From Mycobacterium sp. Aquia_213 (GTDB lineage: Bacteria; Actinomycetota; Actinomycetes; Mycobacteriales; Mycobacteriaceae), in assembly GCF_026625985.1 (NCBI RefSeq), contig NZ_CP113116.1:3651073-3683072 (forward strand): 32,000 bases of DNA, written 5' to 3'. Below are positions 26,867 through 32,000 of the stretch, piece by piece. The position numbers and the translations under genes are program-made. Below the pieces are notes generated by a model. It did not search any database. It was not told where the DNA came from and worked only from the letters and a program-made list of their open reading frames with translations. Within the stretch, counting starts at the first letter, position 1. Each line of letters begins with the position of its first letter.

Positions 26867-27623
26867 GCTCGGCCTCGGTCCAGGTGCTGCCCGCCAGCAC
26901 GATGTCCCATCGATACCCGGTCGCATACTCCGGCTCGGTGAGGCCGTGGTCGTAGCCGGCGATCAGCCGTTGGCGCGCAACGGGATCCACGACCGATTGG
27001 AAGATCGGGTCCAGATCGAATAGCGGGTCGCCCGGGAAGTACATCTGGGTGACCAGGCGTTGGGTGAATGCGGTACCGAACAGCGAGAAATGGATGTGCG
27101 CCGGGCGCCAGGCGTTGTGATGATTGCGCCACGGATAGGGGCCGGGCTTGACGGTCAAGAATCGGTACGTCCCGTCGGGCCCGGTCAGGCAGCGGCCCGC
27201 CCCGATGAAGTTCGGGTCCAGCGGAGCGGGGTGCTGGTCGCGCTGGTGGCGGTAGCGGCCGCCGGCGTTCGCCTGCCAGATCTCGATCAGCTGGCCGGCC
27301 AGCGGTCGGCCGGATTGGTCGAGCAGCCGCCCGGCCACGATGATGCGCTCGCCGATCGGCTCTCCCGGATGGCCGGCCGTCAGGTCGGCGTCGCGCGGAT
27401 CGACACCACGCTCGCCGAAGCACGGCGCGCAGCGCTCGAGCTCGTGGGGATCCACAAGCAGCAGAGGTTGTTTCGGATGGCGTAGCGCGCTGCTGCGGTA
27501 CGGCGGATAGTTCAGCCGCGGCCCGGGGCCCGCACTCGCGCCGTCGACATGCCGGGCCGCGATTTCGGCGATCTCCGCCGTGATGTCAGCCTGCGACGCG
27601 ACGCGCTCCGGTGCGGCCCTCAC
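26859..27623 (-). CDS. pcaH: Protocatechuate 3,4-dioxygenase beta subunit
   Basis: NYPPYRSS..RHP...IEIWQANAGGRYRH..D...PLDPNF.G.GR..T...G.Y.F.T.KPG.YPW.N..N.WRPAHIHFS is the canonical PcaH sequence. GTG start. Confidence 0.92.
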   Translation of the reverse strand: MRAAPERVASQADITAEIAEIAARHVDGASAGPGPRLNYPPYRSSALRHPKQPLLLVDPHELERCAPCFGERGVDPRDADLTAGHPGEPIGERIIVAGRLLDQSGRPLAGQLIEIWQANAGGRYRHQRDQHPAPLDPNFIGAGRCLTGPDGTYRFLTVKPGPYPWRNHHNAWRPAHIHFSLFGTAFTQRLVTQMYFPGDPLFDLDPIFQSVVDPVARQRLIAGYDHGLTEPEYATGYRWDIVLAGSTWTEAEHD

Positions 27624-27672
27624 GAAGCGTGAGGCTACCCGCCCAATTGACCAGCCCGGGCATTCTGCGGGA

Positions 27673-27707
27673 TTCTACTTAGAAGAAGATATTTCTGTAT
27701 AGCAGAA
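27673..27707. promoter_or_regulatory. Two short inverted repeats (TTCTA-ct-TAGAA; TTCTG-tatag-CAGAA) in the AT-rich pcaH / dioxygenase divergent promoter region
   Basis: Read directly at 27673..27684 and 27693..27707. They sit in the only AT-rich stretch of the 98-nt intergenic region. Confidence 0.35.
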
Positions 27708-27721
27708 GTGATGAGGTACCC

Positions 27722-29077
27722 GTGGCAGACGATTTCGAGGACGGCGTGTTCGAGAATGTGCGCCGCGGCATGATCCCCGCGCACATCTACAACGACAAGC
27801 AGCTGTTCGGCCTCGAGAAGGAGCGGCTGTTCAGCCGGGCGTGGACGTTCGTGGGCCACGAATCGGAGATCCCGCAGGACGGCGACTACGTGGTGCGCCG
27901 GGTCCTCGACGATTCCTTCATCCTCACCCGTGACGCCAAGGGCGACATCCGGGCGATGTTCAATATGTGCCTGCACCGCGGCATGCAGGTGTGCCGGGCG
28001 GAGATGGGGAATGCCTCCAACTTCCGGTGCCCGTATCACGGCTGGACGTATCGCAACGACGGACGGCTCACCGGCCTGCCCTTCCACCGCGAGGCCTATG
28101 GCGGCGACGAGGGCTTCACCAGGAGCGCCCACGGCTTGCTGCCGGCACCGAACTTCGCCAGCTACAACGGCCTGCTGTTCATCAGCATGGATCCGCACGC
28201 GAAGCCCTTGGAGGAATTCCTCGGCGACTTCCGGTTCTATTTGGACTTCTACACCAAGCAGAGCACCGGCGGCCTGGAAGTGCGGGGGCCGCAGCGCTGG
28301 CGGATCAAGGCAAACTGGAAGATCGGCGCCGAGAACTTCTCCGGCGACATGTACCACACACCGCACACGCACGCGTCGATCGTGGAGATCGGCCTGTTCC
28401 GAGAACCCAAGGCGCAGAAGCGCAAAGACGGCGCGACCTACTGGGCGCAACGCGGCGGCGGGACCACCTACAAGCTGCCGCCGGGCAGCTTCGAGGAACG
28501 AATGCGCTATGTCGGCTATCCCGACGAGATGATCGAGCGGATCAAGGGCGTGTGGACACCGCAGCAACAGCGGGTCGTCGGCGAGGACGGGTTCATGATC
28601 TCGGCGGCCACCTGCTTTCCCAACCTGAGCTTCGTGCACAACTGGCCCCGCGTAAGAGACGGGGTGCACGACCGGCATGACGAGGTGCTGCCCTTCATCT
28701 CGATCCGCTTGTGGCAGCCCATCAGTGAGAATGAAACCGAAGTCTGCTCGTGGTTCGCGGTGGACTCCGCCGCGCCACCGCAGTACAAATTGGATTCCTA
28801 CAAGGCGTATCTGATGTGCTTCGGCTCGACCGGCATGTTCGAACAAGACGACGTGGAGAACTGGGTGTCGCTGACCACCACCGCGGGCGGCTCGATGGCA
28901 CGACGGCTGCTGCTCAACAGCCGGATGGGCCTACTGTCCGACGATCGCCCGGTGGTCGAGGCGCTGCCCGCCGAGTCCTTCCACGGCCCGGGGCGCGCGC
29001 AGGTCGGCTACAACGAGTACAACCAGCGCGAGTTGCTCAAGTTGTGGGCCGACTATCTGCAGGGGGTCGGCGTATGA
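27722..29077 (+). CDS. Rieske-type aromatic ring-hydroxylating dioxygenase, alpha (oxygenase large) subunit; predicted phthalate 3,4-dioxygenase-like
   Basis: Rieske motif CLHRGMQVCRAEMGNASNFRCPYHGW (CxH-x17-CxxH). Catalytic Fe site NFSGDMYHTPHTH (Hx4H). 451 aa with a GTG start. Confidence 0.92.
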   Translation: MADDFEDGVFENVRRGMIPAHIYNDKQLFGLEKERLFSRAWTFVGHESEIPQDGDYVVRRVLDDSFILTRDAKGDIRAMFNMCLHRGMQVCRAEMGNASNFRCPYHGWTYRNDGRLTGLPFHREAYGGDEGFTRSAHGLLPAPNFASYNGLLFISMDPHAKPLEEFLGDFRFYLDFYTKQSTGGLEVRGPQRWRIKANWKIGAENFSGDMYHTPHTHASIVEIGLFREPKAQKRKDGATYWAQRGGGTTYKLPPGSFEERMRYVGYPDEMIERIKGVWTPQQQRVVGEDGFMISAATCFPNLSFVHNWPRVRDGVHDRHDEVLPFISIRLWQPISENETEVCSWFAVDSAAPPQYKLDSYKAYLMCFGSTGMFEQDDVENWVSLTTTAGGSMARRLLLNSRMGLLSDDRPVVEALPAESFHGPGRAQVGYNEYNQRELLKLWADYLQGVGV

Positions 29078-29613
29078 GCCCGAATTTTTCACGAAAGGCC
29101 TTGCCGTCGTTACCTTTTGATGACCCCCGGCATCTGCAGGCGCATCAGTTTCTGGTCGACGAGGCGTACCTGCTGGACGCCCAGCAGTACGAGCTGTGGC
29201 TGGAAACCCTGACCGACGATATCCGCTACGTGATGCCGGTCCGTGTCACGACCGCACGCGGCGCCGGGTTCGACACCTCTCCGGGGATGGCGCATTTCGA
29301 CGAGGACAAGTACTCGCTGCGCCAGCGAGTCGCGCGGATGGGCACCGAACACGCGTGGGCCGAGGACCCGCCGTCGCGGCTGCGCCACTTCGTCACGAAT
29401 GTGCGGACATTCGAATCCGACGACGCACACCTGGTGGTCGAATCCGCCGAACTGCTGTTCCGCAGCCGCGGCGACGTCAACGAGAGCGCGCTGCTGTCCT
29501 GCGGTCGCGAAGACCTGCTGCGCTGGTGCGATGATCGATGGAAACTCGCGCGGCGCAGGATCGACGCCGACGAGTCGGTATTGCGGATGCAGAACCTGGC
29601 GGTGTTCCTGTGA
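29074..29613 (+). CDS. Ring-hydroxylating dioxygenase beta (small) subunit
   Basis: The ATG overlaps the alpha-subunit stop (ATGA). It is an NTF2-like beta subunit pattern (FLVDEAYLLDAQQYELWLETLTDDIRYVMP...) of 179 aa. Confidence 0.88.
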   Translation: MSPNFSRKALPSLPFDDPRHLQAHQFLVDEAYLLDAQQYELWLETLTDDIRYVMPVRVTTARGAGFDTSPGMAHFDEDKYSLRQRVARMGTEHAWAEDPPSRLRHFVTNVRTFESDDAHLVVESAELLFRSRGDVNESALLSCGREDLLRWCDDRWKLARRRIDADESVLRMQNLAVFL

Positions 29614-29864
29614 ACGACGAACTCGAGCGGTTGACGGCAGGCGCGGTCGGCGAACCGATCACGGTCGCAAACGAATTCACCGAGGTCGTGATACGGCGAG
29701 TCGACACCCGCAATGGATCGAGACTGCTGATCCGCGCACCGCGAACGGGGCGGTGGATCAGCCTGGACGCACTAGAGGTGGAGGCACTGACGTGGCAGAA
29801 CCCGGCAACGATGGCGGCGATGGTGGGGAACTCTCAAGCGCCGCTGCTCCCCGACCCGGAGTGA
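29610..29864 (+). CDS. 84-aa cysteine-free hypothetical protein embedded in the dioxygenase operon
   Basis: The GTG overlaps the beta-subunit stop (GTGA), and its own stop overlaps the dehydrogenase start (GTGA). The frame is high-GC3. I recognise no motif. Confidence 0.65.
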   Translation: MNDELERLTAGAVGEPITVANEFTEVVIRRVDTRNGSRLLIRAPRTGRWISLDALEVEALTWQNPATMAAMVGNSQAPLLPDPE

Positions 29865-30667
29865 CCACTTGGTTGCACGACAAACGTGCATTGGTGGTGG
29901 GCGGCGGATCCGGAATCGGCCGGGCCGTTGTCGACGCCTTCCTCGGCGAGGGATCCAGAGTTGCTGTGCTGGAACGTGATCCGCAGAAATGTGGCGCGCT
30001 GGCCGGGCAGCTGCCCGACGTTCGGGTGGTCGAGGGAGACGCGATCACCAGCGAGGCCAACCACCGCGCGGTCGCCGCGGCGGTCGATTCCTTCGGCGGG
30101 CTCGATATCCTGGTCAACTGCGTGGGCGTCTTCGACTTCTACCGGGGCGTGGCCGATCTCGACGCGGACAACCTGGCGGACGCATTCGACGAAATGTTTC
30201 GCACCAACGTGCTGAGCCATCTGCAGTCCGTCAAGGCGGCGATCCCCGTGCTGCGCAACGGGACCGAGCCGTCGATCATTCTGACCGAGTCCGCGTCGTC
30301 GTACTACCCCGGCCGCGGTGGCGCGTTGTACGTGTCGTCGAAGTTCGCCGTGCGCGGGCTGGTGGCGTCGTTGGCGCACGAGCTCGCGCCGCAGATCCGG
30401 GTCAACGGCGTGGCACCCGGCGGCACGCTCAATACCGACCTGCGTGGCCTGAACAGCCTGGGACTCAAGGACACCCGCCTCGACGACTACCCCAACCGGG
30501 CGCGCGACGTCGCCGCCCGCACCCCGTTGAACGTCGCGCTCTCCGGAGCCGACCACGCGTGGTCGTTCGTGTTCTTGGCCTCGGGCCGGTCGCGCGGCAT
30601 CACCGGTGAGACCATTCACCCGGACGGGGGATTCGGCATCGGCACACCGAAAGTGGAGCCACGATGA
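29861..30667 (+). CDS. SDR-family cis-dihydrodiol dehydrogenase (BphB/HcaB-like)
   Basis: ALVVGGGSGIGRA (NAD site), NCVG, the catalytic YVSSK, and PGG. Operon context with a Rieske dioxygenase. Confidence 0.9.
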   Translation: MTTWLHDKRALVVGGGSGIGRAVVDAFLGEGSRVAVLERDPQKCGALAGQLPDVRVVEGDAITSEANHRAVAAAVDSFGGLDILVNCVGVFDFYRGVADLDADNLADAFDEMFRTNVLSHLQSVKAAIPVLRNGTEPSIILTESASSYYPGRGGALYVSSKFAVRGLVASLAHELAPQIRVNGVAPGGTLNTDLRGLNSLGLKDTRLDDYPNRARDVAARTPLNVALSGADHAWSFVFLASGRSRGITGETIHPDGGFGIGTPKVEPR

Positions 30668-31389
30668 CCGGCGAGCTGGACAGCCAGCGCGCGCTGGTCG
30701 CCCTGGCCTGCCGGGTCGCCGCCGCCCGCGGCCTGGTCGACGGGATGCTCGGGCACCTGAGTCTGCGCGTCGACGACGATCACCTGCTCGTGCGCTGCCG
30801 CAGCGACTCCGATACCGGTGTGGCCGACACCGCGCCCAGCGACATCCGCCTGATCCGATTCGACGGCAGTGCCGGCGCAAGTGGCGAACTCGACGGGTAC
30901 CGCGTCCCCAACGAATTGCCCATCCACGTCGAGACCATGCTGGCTCATCCGCGGCACCGGGCCGTCGCGCACCTACACCCACCGGCGGTCGTCGCCGCGG
31001 ATCTGGCCGGCATCACGATTCGGCCGATCTACGGGGCCTACGACATTCCCGGCGCCTGGCTCGCGCGCGACGGCGTGCCCGTTTACCGACGCGCCGTGTT
31101 GATCCGCAACAGCGCGCTCGGTAAGGACATGGTGGCCGCGATGGGTGACCGGCCGGTGGTGATCCTGCGCGGACACGGAATCACCAGCGCCGCAGCCACT
31201 GTGCCGCAAGCAATCCTGCAGGCGATCAGCCTCGACGAGCTGGCCCGAATGTCGTTGCGGGTGCGTTCGGCCGGAGGCACGCTGCACGACATCGACGACG
31301 CCGACTGGGACGACCTGCCCGATTTGGGGCCGGCCTTCACCGCCGATGCCGCCTGGCGCCACGAGGTCGCCCGGCTGCGAGCCCACTGA
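30664..31389 (+). CDS. Class II aldolase/adducin-fold protein; predicted dihydroxyphthalate decarboxylase-like
   Basis: The ATG overlaps the SDR stop (ATGA). The metal-binding His pattern of class II aldolases is present (ELPIHVE...VAHLHPP...RGHG). Confidence 0.8.
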   Translation: MTGELDSQRALVALACRVAAARGLVDGMLGHLSLRVDDDHLLVRCRSDSDTGVADTAPSDIRLIRFDGSAGASGELDGYRVPNELPIHVETMLAHPRHRAVAHLHPPAVVAADLAGITIRPIYGAYDIPGAWLARDGVPVYRRAVLIRNSALGKDMVAAMGDRPVVILRGHGITSAAATVPQAILQAISLDELARMSLRVRSAGGTLHDIDDADWDDLPDLGPAFTADAAWRHEVARLRAH

Positions 31390-31502
31390 CCTCGAAGGTC
31401 ACAAGTTCATATCCTCCGGCGACACTCGACGGTTACAGACCGGATTGCTCGCGCGCCCCGCTTAGCCTTGCAAAGGTTTCAACCGGATCAAGGAGTGCAC
31501 AC

Positions 31503-32000
31503 GTGACCGAAATGGACCGGCGGCGGTTCCTGGTCGCGCTGGCAGCCACCGTCGCTGTCACGGGGATCTCGTTGTCTACCGCGAACGGCCCCAAAGAAAC
31601 GGTGGCCCGAGCCGACGTGATCGGATCCGCGCCCAACCCGGTCGCACCGGCGCCGCCGAAGTTGTTGCCGCCGCCGGGCCCGGAGGCGCGTGTCACCCTG
31701 CCCGGCGGCTCTGTGCTCAAACAGCTTCCCGGCAACGGCGATCTCTTGGCGTGGACGGTCGACGACGGCGTCGACACCGATGTGGTGCGGGCCTACACCC
31801 AATTCGCCAAGGACAGTGGCGTGCGGCTGACCTATTTCGTCACCGGCGTCTTTCGCTCCTGGACGGAGAATGCCGCGCTGCTGCGCCCGCTCGTCGAGTC
31901 CGGGCAGATCCAGCTGGCCAACCACACCTGGACGCATCCGGACCTGACGAAGCTGTCGCCGAAGCAGATCGCCGACGAACTGAAGAGCACGGACGAGTTC
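31503..32000 (+). CDS. Tat-signal polysaccharide deacetylase (NodB homology domain), 5' partial, continues off the right edge
   Basis: This ORF is not in the track because it has no stop in the window. The GTG lies 7 nt after AGGAG. My translation is VTEMDRRRFLVALAATVAV...TVDDGV...HTWTHPDL, showing a twin-arginine motif plus NodB motifs TxDDG and HxxxH. Confidence 0.8.
   Translation, partial: MTEMDRRRFLVALAATVAVTGISLSTANGPKETVARADVIGSAPNPVAPAPPKLLPPPGPEARVTLPGGSVLKQLPGNGDLLAWTVDDGVDTDVVRAYTQFAKDSGVRLTYFVTGVFRSWTENAALLRPLVESGQIQLANHTWTHPDLTKLSPKQIADELKSTDEF

Noticed and set aside
1-32000. A scan for CRISPR arrays, tRNA/rRNA genes, IS elements or transposases, integrases, toxin-antitoxin pairs and recognisable phage-defence genes.
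   Set aside because: None were seen. There are no spaced direct-repeat arrays, no cloverleaf-like conserved tRNA motifs in the few intergenic gaps, and no ORF with transposase, integrase, nuclease-NTPase or TA signatures.

Overview
High-GC, gene-dense actinobacterial chromosome segment of Mycobacterium type, with about 41 CDS and no rRNA, tRNA, CRISPR array or IS element that I could find. From memory of the M. tuberculosis map, positions 1-17.4 kb are syntenic with Rv2592c-Rv2614c. The order is ruvBAC, a five-gene membrane module ending in a membrane-anchored SpeE-like aminopropyltransferase, a YebC-family regulator, pdxS-tesB-pdxT, a PPE locus, and a thrS-HIT-pgsA1-patA-pimA-Nudix operon with overlapping stop/start codons at every junction. 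As far as I recall, the MTBC-specific vapBC pairs and pdxH are absent here. The PPE locus holds a PPE(SVP-type) gene followed by a PE protein fused to a PE-PPE serine-hydrolase domain. The right third (17.4-32 kb) looks more accessory. It holds a low-GC alpha/beta-hydrolase gene, a PaaI thioesterase, an aldo/keto reductase, a DUF1990-like protein, and a probable fdxA / Cys-His wHTH regulator / membrane protein / cupin / nitronate monooxygenase operon with a perfect palindromic operator. It also holds a SAM methyltransferase with an EthR-like TetR regulator. Finally there is a divergent catabolic island: pcaHGB faces a Rieske dioxygenase alpha/beta, an 84-aa Cys-free orphan, a cis-diol dehydrogenase and a class II aldolase-fold protein. 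I interpret this island as a phthalate to protocatechuate to carboxymuconolactone route. Regulatory signals seen directly include a consensus mycobacterial SOS box upstream of ruvC next to a 26-nt palindrome, a three-copy CAATGCACAC motif array upstream of the yebC-like gene, and a 3x tandem octamer. All functional calls come from reading the translated ORFs and recognising motifs and families. No database search was run.
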